A DNA stretch of 64,000 nt from Octopus vulgaris (taxonomy: Eukaryota): contig OX597825.1 of NCBI GenBank assembly GCA_951406725.2, positions 70,122,001 to 70,186,000 of the forward strand, in the 5' to 3' direction. The notes beneath the pieces were generated by a model. That model did not search any database. It worked only from the letters and a program-made list of their open reading frames with translations, and was not told the origin of the DNA. Positions 1 to 15,563 of this stretch are shown in pieces; position 1 is the stretch's first letter; the number at the start of each line of letters is the position of its first letter. The translations under genes and the position numbers were made by a program.

Positions 1-370
1 ACCAACCACATGGTTCCGGGTTCATTCCCACTCTTGGCACCTTGGGTAAGTGTCTTCTATTATAGCCTCAGGCCGACCAAAGCCTTGTGAGTGGATTTGG
101 TAGACGGAAACTGGAAGAAGCCCGTCGTATACATGTGTATATATGTATGTGTGTATATGTTCGTGTGTTTGTGTTTGTCCCTCCACCATTGCTTGACAAC
201 CGATGGTGGTGTGTTTACGTCCCCGTAACTTAGCGGTTCAGCAAAAGAAGACAGATAGAATAAGTACTAGGCTTCCAAAGAATAAGTCCCGGGGTCGATT
301 TACTCGACTAAAGGCGGTACTCCAGCATGGCCGCAGTCAAATGACTGAAACAAGTAAAAGAGTAAAAGAG
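1..370 (+). mobile_element. SINE family A (tRNA-like head, internal microsatellite, gtaaaaga tail), cut by window edge
   Basis: Matches the full copy at 11589-12025 along its length. Confidence 0.85.
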
Positions 371-732
371 TATACGTCATCCGCTAAAATGTCCGTGATA
401 GATGATGTGGGGCAGCTCTACATCGTATATTTACGTTAACCACGGGTAGGCAAGCAAAAGTGTGATCGCGTATTTGCGTCAACCGTTGTCAAGGGGTTAA
501 AGTAGCTTGCATTTCAATTCTGCGTATAATAAGCCAAATATGTATATGCATATATACATGTGTGTGTGTACGTGTGTATGTCTCCGCGTAGGCGTGTGAA
601 TACATTTATGGATTTATAGATATAGAATACATATACACATATATGTGTATATACTTCTATAATATATATATACATGTATAATATATATATACATGTACAT
701 ATATATGTATAATATATATATACATGTACATA

Positions 733-832
<100 letters not shown>

Positions 833-843
833 TGATCTGCATA

Positions 844-906
<63 letters not shown>

Positions 907-1186
907 GTATATTTCTATTTTTTAGTGATGTGTCGCACCTTAGTCTAATATACACTCTCATACTCAAAGACGTTCATTAGTGATCAGAACTTGCCTCAGG
1001 CGTTTCATATTGTAGTTTTTACAAGTTGCTATATTTTCTTTAAGTGTTAGATTCAAGAAATGCATATACGTACACACATACATCAAAAGGAAACCTTATA
1101 TCAGATTTTAATTTTACTGGATGATCTATCACATTTACTTGTTCGGTGACACACACACAAACACACATACAGACACACACACACGC

Positions 1187-1218
<32 letters not shown>

Positions 1219-1222
1219 TGAG

Positions 1223-1308
<86 letters not shown>

Positions 1309-1475
1309 TGTCGATATAATATAAATGCATATATATATATATATACATCTAATTTAGGATAAAAAATTTTCGAAAACAATTCTATCAATGGCCAGCATGT
1401 TAAAAAATACCTTTAAGGGTTAAATTTATAAACAATTTATAAGTAAGGCCAAAAGAAAAAAATTCTAATGCCAAA

Positions 1476-1827
1476 ATATGCAGAAAATAGACAAAACGTC
1501 AATAACCATGTAATTTATCACTACAAGCACGAGAAAACCGACAGACATTTCTAAAAGAATCCCGTTATTACCAAAGCGGACCAGATTTCAGAGTTAGTTC
1601 ATAAGAACCTTCTCTTCATCAGTGATAAATGCGGCAAAAGTATTTCACTTATTTCTTTGCCGCATTTATCACTGATGAAGAGAAGGTTCTTATGAACAAA
1701 TTCTGAAATCTGGTCCGATATGGTAATAACGGGATTTTTTTTAGAAATTTCTGTCGGTTTTCTTCGAAACACGTGCTCGTAGTGATAAATTACATGGTTA
1801 TTGACGTTGTGTCTATTTTCGGCATAT
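1476..1827. repeat. about 350-bp fold-back with CUGAUGA...GAAA cores near the centre
   Basis: atatgcagaaaatagac...atcagtgataaatgcggcaaa / tttgccgcatttatcactgat...gtctattttcggcatat. Confidence 0.9.
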
Positions 1828-1859
1828 ATATATATGTATATATATGTATATATGTGTAT

Positions 1860-2080
1860 GTGTGCGTGTTTGTGTGTGTATGTTTGTCCCTCTAGCATTG
1901 CTTGACAACCGATGTTGGTGTGTTTACGTCCCCGTCACTTAGCGGTTCGGCACAAGAGACCGATAGAATAGAATAAGTACTGGGCTTACAAAGAATAAGT
2001 CCCGGGGTTGATTTGCTCGACTAAAGGCGGTGCTCCAGCATGGCCGCAGTCAAATGAGTGAAACAAGTAAAAGAGTAAAA
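1860..2080 (+). mobile_element. SINE family A, 3' half
   Basis: cttgacaaccgat...ggcggtgctccagcatggccgcagtcaaatga...gtaaaagag. Confidence 0.8.
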
Positions 2081-2109
2081 GATCGTACGTTTAACCACTG
2101 AGCCATGCG

Positions 2110-2620
<511 letters not shown>

Positions 2621-2621
2621 T

Positions 2622-2656
<35 letters not shown>

Positions 2657-2933
2657 ATGTATGTATATATATAATTATAATAAGGGCAACTGCTGAGCAG
2701 CGTCAGATGCTAGAAATAGACGCTAATTGGCTCTAAAACTAACTTATCACATAGACATGGGTTGCAAGTGAGGGAAATGAACAAAAATATTTTTTTAATC
2801 TTTTTTGTAGTTGCCGTCATTATAATTATATTTATGAAATTATATACTTTGTATTAATTTTTACCTAAATGTTTTATTACATTTGATAAAATCCTATGTA
2901 GATTTTATCTTTGATTATAATGATACGTGTGTA

Positions 2934-2968
<35 letters not shown>

Positions 2969-4052
2969 AGACAGACAGAAAGACAAACAGACAGACAGAT
3001 AGATAGATATATATATACATGTAAAGGTAAGTTATGTATATATTTGTAAATATTCATATATATATATAGATAGATACACAAGAGTCGGCTGAAAAGTCCC
3101 ATTGGCTGACCAAGATAATGTCATGGAACGTAAAAAAGTAATATGGGATATGTGTGTATGTGTATCAATAAGGGTGTGTTTTGTGTTAGTGTTTGTCCCC
3201 ACCACCACCACCACCACTCGACAACCGGTGTTGGTGCGTTTACGTCCCCGTTATCTAGCGTGGTTTAACAAACATAAGTACGAGGGTCGATTCGTTCGAA
3301 TAAAATTCCTTAAGGCAGTGCCCCAGCTTGGTCGCTGTCTAATAATAAGATCGCAATAAAAGTAATACCTAAGTACACGCGAACTTTCAAGCATATATGC
3401 GTGCGTCATAGCATAGGTAATAAACACGAACACATATAAGATGTGTCTATGGAGGCGGGACAAAATACATACGTATATATATATCTACCTGTTTGTATGT
3501 GTGCGAGTGTGTCTGAGTGTCTGTATGTGTGCTGCTGTACAAAATTACGTTCTATTCATGATGGAGTTTTAAATTGTGTAAATTATCCTTCTCTGCTTTT
3601 AAAGTATTAAAACGACGAGGCTGACGACAATGTATTAAAACGAAAGTGAAACTAGACGGAAGCCAACAAATATTTTTTGCTCAGACAATATATTAAATGT
3701 CTGTTAAAGTTAGAGGTGCAAAGCAATATGCGTTCAACTATAGAGAAATATACTTTTCGTGAACATGGACATTAGATAAGAGGAACCATGTTATAGGAAA
3801 AATCTATTTCCACTTGGTTTTCCTACTTCAGATGTCTCTGTAGTCGATTTCCCAGTCAGAACTCTTGCAAGTGTTTCGAGAAATCACGCAAAAAAAGCAT
3901 TTCAGCTGAAGATCGCATCTGTATGCTTTATATGTTTGAAGCATAAGTTGATAAAATTCTCCAACTGATGGCTTTCCATAATAGATTCTCCATTAAATAT
4001 ATCCAGACGCTGAATACTAAACGAGACGCACGTTCATAAGAAAGCATATATA

Positions 4053-4155
<103 letters not shown>

Positions 4156-4311
4156 TATACATATACATATATATATGTATAACTATATATATATACATAC
4201 ATATATATATATGCACACATATATATATATATATAGTTATACATATATAGTTATACATATATATATACAGATATATATGTATACATATACGTATATATAT
4301 ACACATATATT

Positions 4312-4346
<35 letters not shown>

Positions 4347-4997
4347 CTGTATGTATATATGTATATATATTCCTGTATGTGTGTGTATATATACATATAT
4401 ATATATATATGTGTGTGTATATATTATGTGTGTGTGTGAGCGAATATATGGGTGTTTCTGTCTGTGTTTGTGTGTATGTGCGCGCGTGTGTGTGTGTATG
4501 TGTGCGCGTGTGTGTATGTGTGTGCATGCCCATCTATGTGTGTCTCTGTGTGTGTATGTTGCGTATATATATTCACACACACACACACACACACGCACAC
4601 ACACGCACACACATTACGGAACGTATCTCGATGGAGATGCATAATTTCTCTCTCACACATTGAAGTAGCAAATATACATCAATTCTCGTGTGGAATAATT
4701 GATAATAGAAGCACGGTTAAAGCTTCAATTACTATTTATGATAGGAACTTTATTATTAAATAATTGAATTATAAGCCGTGCATATTTATTACGTTTGATG
4801 TTAAACAGGAGTAAAATGTTAATTCTCAATATGGCTCATTATTCAGGTTATTTACTGATATTTCATTGTATATTAACCTAAATATACATACATACATACA
4901 TACAACACGCATACACACACATATAGAGTGAGAGAGGGGGAAGTAGATAGATAAATAGATAGATAGATATACACATATATATGCGTATATACGAAAA

Positions 4998-5350
<353 letters not shown>

Positions 5351-5352
5351 AA

Positions 5353-5628
5353 GGCGGCGAGCTGGCAGAAACGTTAGCACATCGGGCGAAATGCTTTGCG
5401 GTATTTCGTCTGCCGTTACGTTCTGAGTTCAAATTACGCCGAGATCGACTTTGCTTTTCATCCTTTCGGGGTCGATTAAATAAGTACCAGTTACGCACTG
5501 GGGTCGATATAATCGACTTAATCTGTTTGTCTGTCCTTGTTTGTCCTCTTTGTGTTTAGCCCCTTGTGGATAGTAAAGAAATAGGTATTTCGTCTGCCGT
5601 TACGTTCTGACTTCAAATTCCGCCGAGG

Positions 5629-5630
<2 letters not shown>
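5353..5630 (+). mobile_element. SINE family B (ggcggcgagctggcagaaacgttagc head), 1.3 units
   Basis: tRNA-like head with a gagttcaaatt B-box, then the tttcatcctttcggggtcgat core. A second unit restarts at gtatttcgtctgccg. Confidence 0.82.
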
Positions 5631-5670
<40 letters not shown>

Positions 5671-6117
5671 AGAGAGAGAGAGAGTGTGAGTAAAGTTTAT
5701 TTGCCAACAGAATGTTACCATATATCTCTCGCTGAGATATTTAAAACAAGCTGTTTTTATATATGTGCATGTGTGTGTGTATGTGTGTATATGTGTGTGT
5801 GTGTGCGTACATGCGTGTGTGTGTGTGTGTATGTGCGTGTGTGCGTGTCTTTTTAGTTCCTTCCTCCCTTCACCGCTTGAGAACAGGTATTGGTTCGTCT
5901 ATGTCTACGACTGGATAACTGCTGTGGTCGACTTGTTCGATGAAACCTTCATAGCGGTTCCCCAGCATGACCGAAGTCGAACGAGTGAAACAAATGAAAA
6001 TAGAAATTATAACAAACTCCAACGTTTCATGCATGAAAGAAGTATTAAACAAGAGGAGCTTTGAGAAAAGCAATTTCTTCGTCAAGAGCTCGCGAACGGT
6101 AGTCAACAGCATCTGGT

Positions 6118-6475
6118 GTGGAGGCGCATTGGCCCAATGGTTAGGGTAGCGGACTCGCGGTCGTAGGATTGCGGTTTCGATTCTCAGACCGGGCGTTGTG
6201 TGTGTTTATTGAGCGAAAACACCTAAAAGCTCCACAAGGCTCCGGCAGGGGGGGTGGCAACCCCTGTTGTACTATTTCTCTCACTCTTTCTTCCTGTTTC
6301 TTGTCCCCGACTTCCTACGCAATCGGTGAGCCTGGATGCGCATTCATCCATCCGTCGATGCTCTTGGTGTCGGGGGGTTGAGCTGCTTTCTCTTCTGTGG
6401 GTCTTACGAATAGCAAAGGACCCCGTTTCGGACTTCTCCCATCTTGCGAGCTCTGGGACGAAGACCGTTCGCTCA
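6118..6475 (+). mobile_element. SINE family D (tRNA-Arg-like head)
   Basis: gtggaggcgcattggcccaatggttagggtagcggactcgcgg...gtttcgattctc head and a (CAG/CAA)n tail. Confidence 0.78.
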
Positions 6476-6966
6476 ACAGCAACAGCAGCAGCAGCATCTG
6501 GTATTCTTTTGCCATTCAAGCATCAGTACCAATTCCATTGACTGTGGACAATTATTTGTGACAATCGAGCACCATTATGCAACCAATATACACATCACTG
6601 TCTCCCATTTATTTACGTGATACACCGCAAATAACTGATTAATTTAAACAATAATTATCGCTTAGTAACCAACAACACAAAACAATAAAATACGTGCGGG
6701 ATGAAGATGAAGGCGATGGCATTGAACAAGTCTCATTATCTATTTCTAAGAAGCTGGAAGAAATATAACAAATTGAAATTCCATATGCTTTGGGCAATTT
6801 GCTTATAATTCCCATATCAAAATTGCAATGGCATTTTTTTCTTTTTTGTATATCTTTTAATATTATTGCTGAACGAACAGGATTTCATTTTGATAAGCAT
6901 ATTACGTACAGCTTTTTCAAATCCATAAGACTCTTAAATATTAATAACGAAACTTACAATCTACAT

Positions 6967-7352
6967 TGGAAGCACTCCGTCGGTTACGACGACGAGGGTT
7001 CCGGTTGATCCGAATCAACGGAACAGCCTGCTCGTGAAATTAACGTGTAAGTGGCTGAGCACTCCACAGACACGTGTACCCTTAACGTAGTTCTCGGGGA
7101 TATTCAGCGTGACACAGAGAGTGACAAGGCCGGCCCTTTGAAATACAGGTACAACAGAAACAGGAAGTAAGAGTGAGAGAAAGTTGTGGTGAAAGAGCAC
7201 AGCAGGGATCACCACCATCCCCTTGCCGGAGCCTCGTGGAGCTTTAGGTGTTTTCGCTCAATAAACACTCACAACGCCCGGTCTGGGAATCGAAACCGCG
7301 ATCCTATGACCGCGAGTCCGCTGCTCTAACCACTGGGCCATTGCGCCTCCAC
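6967..7352 (-). mobile_element. SINE family D with TSD
   Basis: Same head as 6118 but a different 3' half. acaatctacat is repeated at 6956 and 7351. Confidence 0.85.
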
Positions 7353-8354
7353 AATCTACATACACGAGTAATAACATCATTGGAGCTAACATAAAGGCAC
7401 GTTACTCAGTTTCCGTTTCCAACGGTTACTTTGCTTGCTAATCATAGCAGCCGGATACCTGTATATGTTCTCAAAATAGAAGGCAGGGTAATATAACCCA
7501 GGAAACAATCCTGCAACGTTTCCAGGCTGTAGTTTTCATCTCGGAATTTCTGGAACCACCGTTGACACTGGCTTATGCATTTTGTCCGATACCCATATAC
7601 TGCATTAATATTCCTCGCACTTTCCGTTGCGTTGTTGCCTTTATTGAACTTACAAAGCTAAATAAGCCGAATATACTCCTTTGTCACTTCCATTATAGCT
7701 TTGAAAAAAATAACTGCTAAAATCTACTTGCTTTTATAGCGAGTTTAAGCAGGTAGTTTATCCCGTCCCCCTCCGACTTTTAGGCCATACAATTGAAAAA
7801 ATCGCATTATTAACAGGAAGACCCAATATATATCCTCTATGTTTAACCCCTTGTAGGCAATAAAGAAATATATATCGTTGCTATTATGCAAAAGTGCCAT
7901 AAGTCAAAACCATTGCTTTTTCAGAAAACGAAAAAATACTTTCACCATTCCATAGCAAAACCGTTGTACTACACTTTGACAGATTTTGATATCTTGGCAT
8001 CTGAAGCAGCAGGAGATACGATAGTTTGACCAAAAGAACCTACTGTTGCACGCAAAAATAAATATTGGAAAAAACGCATTTGGCCAAATTTGGACATACG
8101 ACAGTTTAATAGAATATATATATATATATATATATATACCAACTTTATTGTCTCTCCACAACATGAAACCGTTAGTAGTAGTTATTTTTCTTAAATGATA
8201 TGAAATTCTTTTTTATTAATACTGTCAACAACGGGGCAGTAAATTATATATCGAGATCTTGAAGTTCACTGCCAGGTCTCACTGCGCAAGCAACTGTTTG
8301 TTGATGCGCTACAGAACTGGTTCAGTAAACTTTTGATACCACCTCGTGTGTAAC

Positions 8355-8432
<78 letters not shown>

Positions 8433-8435
<3 letters not shown>

Positions 8436-8600
8436 AGAGTTTACGAAAAAAACGAAAGACGAAGACGGATGGTGTACAAAACAAACAGATGTATTAGTAT
8501 AACGCTCAGGAATAGAAAAACTCTTTTACGTTTCGAGCCTACGCTCTTCTACAGAAAGGGACACAGAAAAAAAAATGTGTGTAGTGGGTAACGATCTATC

Positions 8601-8602
<2 letters not shown>
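8433..8602 (-). mobile_element. (TA)n-embedded short element family H with a minimal hammerhead-like motif at 8523-8558
   Basis: Minus strand: cttt CUGUAGA a gagc gtag gctc GAAAC GUA aaag. Flanked by (TA)n. Five related copies in the window. Confidence 0.65.
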
Positions 8603-8658
<56 letters not shown>

Positions 8659-9640
8659 ATGTATAGATAGATAGATAGATAGATAGATACAGGTGTGTGT
8701 CCGTGTGTGTGTGTATTGACAGTGACCGACTTCATATTTTGCACTTACTCGCGTTCGTTCATCAATCTGATCAAGGATAGCAAGCGTAAACTTCGATGCC
8801 ACTATCAACGTTTTCTTTGTAAAATAAACGTATACTCTTTCTAAAAAGCTTTGAAAAACTCTTCTGTTTGATGCTCAATTTTATTGATATATACCTTGAC
8901 ATAAAAACCACCCACCACCAATAGATATAAGCTGGCTCCGGCCGAATTGTGTTTATCGAAACGCGTTTATAAATTAGAGTTTTTGTGTGTTTCTGCTGAC
9001 TTCTCAGAGGAATATGGCATGGGTTTTTCGGCCTGATCTGTTTGGCTGCTGTTTTTTTTTTTTCTGTAGGATATCTATCCTGTATAGTTCAATGTCTTGG
9101 AACTCACAATCAGAGCCACTTCTGACTTCCTCCTCCATGTCCCTGAGCGGGGTGAACGTCGCTATTTTATTTATTTATTTTTTTTTTTTTTTTCAAAAAC
9201 AAACTAAAAATTTTCTCTTCGAATTTGAATCTCCAAAGGGGTACAAAAAACAAGCAAACAAACCAGACCTATGTAATGGTGTTGGTTTTAACAAACGATT
9301 TGTAACAAAATAAACAATTAACAACTTTTGGAATCAAATTAAAATGATAATCTAACGCTCGAAAAGACAGGCGCCCAGTCAGTATGAATAATAATAATTA
9401 TCATTATCACATATTTAATTGACCATACCCATAATATCTTTCGTTTTCTATTCTCTGCATCATCTTTGTCCGTATCCTATTAAAATAAACGCAACGAAGC
9501 ATTTCAATTAAAATAAATTTTATTGATTTTTTTTAGAGTTATAAAGATAATGATAGAATATTAAATTTCCTATTACTTGGAGGATAATTTAAATTTGTAT
9601 TTGTATAAATACATGTATATTATATATATATAAATGCATG

Positions 9641-9719
<79 letters not shown>

Positions 9720-10892
9720 CATGCATGTGTATATACGCATATATATATATATATATATATATAATACTTTGTAGGTGAGTTTTATGAAATTATGTAGAAA
9801 TACACTGTAAGCAGATTTTAGGAAATTATGTTGTAATCACTTGAATTAAAATTTAGCGAGTATCTATCCCAATAAAGAAGCTTTCTAATTTACTCATTTA
9901 CACAAAAATAATTGACTTGTTAGAAATAAATTAATATACTGAGTAATGTAAATTTTTATATTTAAAAACGTCTACTACAATCGCAAGATATCAGGGGAAG
10001 CAGAAGGAAGTAAGTGAAACCTGATGAATTAAATAACAATAAGACAGTTCAATTCCTTATTAGTTGATTCATTCTGCTTAAAATATCTTCATTATCCTAA
10101 TTTCACACGTTTGCAAACAATGACTCTCTCTCATTCCCATTCTCTCTCTCACACGCACACATACACACATACACACACACATTTTCTTTGCCATGGTCAC
10201 TGATAGAACTCTGTGATGTAGTGAGACGACCACACTCAACACACTTTACTTCCCGGCATTGCTGAATACCAGAAGGAGCGAAAACGTTAGTGTGCATGCA
10301 CGACAGAGTTGAAGGTCAATCTGTACGAAGTGGCTTCACTCTATGTACTTTAGCTTCGTTGCCAAAGCAACAGTCCCGATACTTTTTGATCAGATCTCGT
10401 GTATATATGGTAATGTAGTTCTAGATACACTATACCTAGAAAAAAATCTGTCTAAGCATGGCTGCCACATTGTTGTTCATAGCTGTACTCGTCAACAGTT
10501 TTCCTTGGTTTAACCAAAAACAACATTTTTACCACAAATTAGGGTTAAATGGACATTGGAAATACAGGGTATTTGAGGCAAATGGATTAATATTCAGTTT
10601 ACTGGCGTGGAGAAGGTGCTTTTTATTTTGAATGCTTGTTTTAGGGTGCAATGTTCCTAATAGAAAAAGAACTGGATGTTCACCATTTAGAACGTCTTTT
10701 TTCATTAGCGTTCTCGATCAGTGATGATCTGGAACTTAACAGCAACAATAATTCGTCTGCTCCTTTTACCCTCCAGAGAATCAACTCGCTGGTGTTCTTT
10801 CTCTACGCACGTTTCTTTTCCTTTCAATTGTTGACTTAAATATGATGAAAATAAATATAAGCATGTCTCTCACTAATATGACAGTATCTTAC

Positions 10893-11387
10893 TTCTTTAT
10901 TGCCCACAAGGGGCTAAACATAGAAGGGACAAGCAAGGACAGACAAAGGGATTAAGTCGATTACATCGACCCCAGGGCTCAGTTGGTACTTATTTTATCG
11001 ACCCCGGAAGGATGAAAGGCACAGTCGACCTCGACGGAATTTGAACTCAGAACGTAACGGCAGATGAAATACCGATTTTTTTACTACCTACAAGGGGATA
11101 AACACAGAGAGGACAAACAAGAACAGACAAACGGATTAAGTCGATTATATCGACCCCAGTGCATAACTGGTACTTAATTTAATCGACCCCGAAAGGATGA
11201 AAGGCTAAGTCGACCTCGGCGGAATTTGAACTCAGAACGTAACGACAGACAAAACACCTATTTCTATTTCTTTACTACCCACAAGGGGCTAAACACAGAG
11301 GGAACAAACAATGACAGAACGTAACGGCAGACAAAATACGGCTACGCATTTCGGCCGGCGTGCTAACGTTTCTGCCAGCTCGCCGCC
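10893..11387 (-). mobile_element. SINE family B tandem array (about 2.5 units)
   Basis: Repeated units of about 180 bp with a single head at the right end. Confidence 0.85.
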
Positions 11388-11588
11388 TTAACACAAAATA
11401 ATACAGCACAAGATATCATAAAACGTTTAACTATCATTCTTGGTGAGTATGACTTGGAAATCTGTCCCAAACAATCGCTAATTATTTTAGGTGAGTGTGT
11501 AGTTGCAAGCGTACGTAGACACCCCCTTGGGCCTTTAACCCTTCATCTAGCGAAACATCTAGGCTGGATGGAAAAGGCCTGAACAAAT

Positions 11589-12025
11589 AGGCGCAGGAGT
11601 GGCTGTGTGGTAAGTAGCTTGTTTACCAACCACATGGTCCTTGGTTCATTCCCACTGCGTGGCACCTTGGGCAGGTGTCTTCTACTATAGCCTCCAGCCG
11701 ACCAAAGCCTTGCGATTGGATTTGGTAGACAGAAACTGAAAGAAGCCCGCCGTATATATGTATATATATATGTGTGTGTGTGTGTGTGTATGTGTGTGTA
11801 TATGTTTGTGTGTCTGTGTTTGACCCCCCCCCCCAACATTGCTTGATAACCGATGCTGGTGTGTTTACTCCTCCGTAACTTAGCCGTTCGGCAAAAGAGA
11901 CCGACAGAATAAGTACTGGGCTTCCAAAGAATAAGTCCTGGGGTCGATTTGCTCGACTAAAGGCGGTGCTCCAGCATGGCCGCAGTCAAATGACTGAAAC
12001 AAGTAAGAGAGAGTAAAGAGTAAAT
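11589..12025 (+). mobile_element. SINE family A, full length
   Basis: A-box-like gtggctgtgtggtaa, B-box-like ggttcattccc, body shared with many other copies in the window, simple-repeat tail. Confidence 0.88.
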
Positions 12026-12699
12026 AATCAACTACTAGTCGCTTCAGCTTAGTAGACTGGAGCAATATGAAACCAATTGCTGTGGTACCTAGAGCAGAAA
12101 TCGAACCTACGATCTTTTTGATCGTAAGTCTAATATCATCGCCACTAAGGCCACTATGCATCAATAAGAAAATTCGAGATTATCTTTGCTAAGAATGCTT
12201 TTGATGTTTTTAGAATGCTTTCTCGATCGCGGTTTTCTCTGTGGTTAAACAAAGAATAACAACAACCTCAAAACGAAAGCAGTAACAAAAATAATTAAAT
12301 AAAGATAAGACTACATATAAAAACAAAGAAATTAATGACAATGTTTAGAATGGTTCAGCCTAAAGCATACACCAGCAGGTTTCATTTCCCACTGCATTAG
12401 ATGCTGTATGATTCATATAATTAGAAAATGACTTTTAAGACGATTGCGGTAAGCTAAAATAAATAAATGCCAGAATACGGCAGTAGATTAATACATATAA
12501 CTGAGGAACTAGAAAAACAATTTAGGAATAACCCATTCTTTATTTTCAAGAAAATTGCAAATTATAATGAGAGGATAAAGAAAAAGGAAAAGAAGTAGTA
12601 GAAGGTGGAGGACGGTGAGAAGGAAAAATAACAAAATCGGATGCGATTGAGGAAGTATAAATACTGAGGAAATATAAGATGTTTTATGTACATATGTGT

Positions 12700-12756
<57 letters not shown>

Positions 12757-13021
12757 AAGTATGTATGTATATCAAGATGTTATGAATGCCCGAAGGTAAC
12801 AAAATCAACCAAGAAACCACTGAGTCACTGATTTTCAAATGCTTTCGTTTATCTACGGTTCGCTAAACGTGGCGCAAAAAGTGTTATAGTATTCAATCGA
12901 TTTTTAGAAATATTTATTACAAGCACGCGCACACACACGCACAGACACTCACACTTACACACACCGAGATACACACGCATACATGCACACACATATGTAA
13001 ACATGTATGTATGTATGTATG

Positions 13022-13063
<42 letters not shown>

Positions 13064-13108
13064 CTACACGTATATGTCACTTTGATGGCATGCACTGGTC
13101 TCTCACTC

Positions 13109-13148
<40 letters not shown>

Positions 13149-13647
13149 TTAAATGTCCTAATGCAATACCAGGCACTGGCTCTCATGGTTTCTGATCTTA
13201 ACTGACTGGAAGTGTTATCATGCATGTGTTTATTTCTTGGTATAAAAGATGGGCTACAGCAAATATCCTACTCAATACCACAGGTTTGCCTGTCAGTAGT
13301 TTGACCTTAACCAGTTGAGCATGTCCCTTGGTGGCTGACGATGTGTGCATCTCTGATCACGAGGAGAAGTAGTGGAGCGGTGCATCATAGCCATGCGTTG
13401 AGAGGAACTATTTGGGGTTTGAATAATTCACCTCTGGAAACATGGGTGTTTCGTTCAACATCCTTAAAAGAACCCTTATTCAGGGACGTTTTGAACGGGA
13501 TGGGCTGCTCGACCAGAAGAAAATTCTAAAGGGCTCCGCATGCAAGGTCATGCCTAGCGACTCGGGTGGTTTATGATGGGTATATTGGGCTTCGTATATT
13601 TGTACCCCAGTGTCACTTTGATGGTATGCTACTCTCTCACTCAATCA

Positions 13648-14513
13648 GAAGAAGAAGAAGAAGAAGAAGAAGAAGAAGAAGAAGAAGAAGAAGAAGAAGA
13701 AAAGGAAGGAGGAGGAGGAGGAGGAGGAAGAAGAAGAAGAAGAAGAAGAAGAAAAGGAAGGAGGAGGAGGAGGAGGAGGAAGAAGGAGAAGAAGAAGAAG
13801 AAGAAGAAGAAGAAGAAAAGGAAGGAGGAGGAAGAGGAAGAAGAAGAAGAAGAAGAAGAAGAAAAGGAAGGAGGAGGAGGAGGAGGAGGAGGAAGAAGAG
13901 AGAAGAAGAAGAAGAAGAAGAAGAAGAAGAAGAAGAAAAAGAAGGAGGAGGAGGAAGAAGAAGAAGAAGAAGAAGAAGAAAAGGAAGGAGGAGGAGGAGG
14001 AAGAAGAAGAAGAAGAAGAAGAAGAAGAAGAAGAAGAAGAAGAAGAAGAAGAAGGAGGAGGAGGAAGAAGAAGAAGAAGAAGAAGAAGAAGAAGAAGAAA
14101 AAGGAGGAGGAGGAGGAGGAGGAGGAAGAAAGAGAAGAAGAAGAAGAAGAAGAAGAAGAAGAAGAAAAAGAAGGAGGAGGAGGAGGAAGAAGAAGAAGAA
14201 GAAGAAGAAAAAGGAGGAGGAGGAGGAGGAAGAAGAAGAAGAAGAAAAGGAAGGAGGAGGAGGAGGAGGAGGAAGAAGAAGAAGAAAAGGAAGGAGGAGG
14301 AGGAGGAGGAGGAAGAAGAAGAAGAAGAAGAAGAAGAAGAGAAGAAGAAGAAGAAGAAGAAGAAGAAGAAGAAAAGGAAGGAGGAGGAGGAGGAAGAAGA
14401 AGAAGAAGAAGAAGAAGAAGAAGAAGAAGGAAGGAGGAGGAGGAGGAGGAGGAGGAGAAGAAGAAGAAGAAGAAGAAGAAGAAGAAGAAGAAGAGGAAGA
14501 AAAAGAAGAAGAA

Positions 14514-14545
<32 letters not shown>
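13648..14545 (+). repeat. about 0.9-kb (GAA/GGA)n polypurine tract ending in (GAT)n
   Basis: Direct reading. A higher-order gaaaaggaaggagg unit recurs. Confidence 0.95.
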
Positions 14546-14546
<1 letters not shown>

Positions 14547-14821
14547 GAGGGCGCTTGTCACATAATAATCAAAATTGTTATGAAGAGGAAAGAAGGGAAG
14601 CGTCTGGCATAAACCACATGTTGAATGGTTAATGTAATTTTGGAACCAAGATGTCTGAATTTCCTATAATTTTGGATCAATTTACTTCTTCGTAGTCGTG
14701 TGAAAGTGTGTATAGGAATTTTTCCGAAAACAAAGAAACGGCTAAAGAATACTTTCGGATGAGCGATCTGTCAGTGTTTAAATTTTGAAGCTCAAAACAC
14801 CAGAAACTAATGCATCACAAA

Positions 14822-14904
<83 letters not shown>

Positions 14905-14909
14905 GCATG

Positions 14910-14943
<34 letters not shown>

Positions 14944-15520
14944 CGCATGAACACACACACGCACACACGCACACACGCACACACACGCACACACACGCAT
15001 ACACACACGCATGCACACACACAAACGTACAGATACATACATAAACACATGTATAGACACACAGACATACTGTAAATACATACACACATACACATATAAA
15101 CACAAGCACACAAACGCACACACACACACACATTCTTCGCACACACATTATTTACACATACACCCACTCAGACACACACACTGACACTCACACACACCCT
15201 ACCCGCTCAAACGCGTGCACTTAGCACACATACACAAGCACACAAACAAGCACACACACACATGCGTACACACACATCACACACACACATTCATACACAC
15301 TCGCGTTCACACACACTCACACACATACCCGACACACATGCGCGCACGCATACAGACATGCACGCGAGCACACACAAACACTCACCACACCACAATTTCA
15401 TACACACTCACGTTCACATAACATGTGCGTGCAGGCACACACACACACACATAACACTTTCATACATATGTTCACACAACACACGAGTGCAGGCACACAC
15501 ATACACACACACACACATCG

Positions 15521-15563
<43 letters not shown>

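Noticed and set aside
372-500. piggyBac-like end (…aggggTTAA)
   Set aside because: Only a short terminal match and no partner end identified.
8738-8815. Minus-strand exon-like segment ending in gtaagt
   Set aside because: Weak acceptor and no recognisable protein similarity.
13566-14612. Long 348/330/306-aa ORFs
   Set aside because: Translations of a GAA/GGA tract that lacks stop codons, open in several frames at once.
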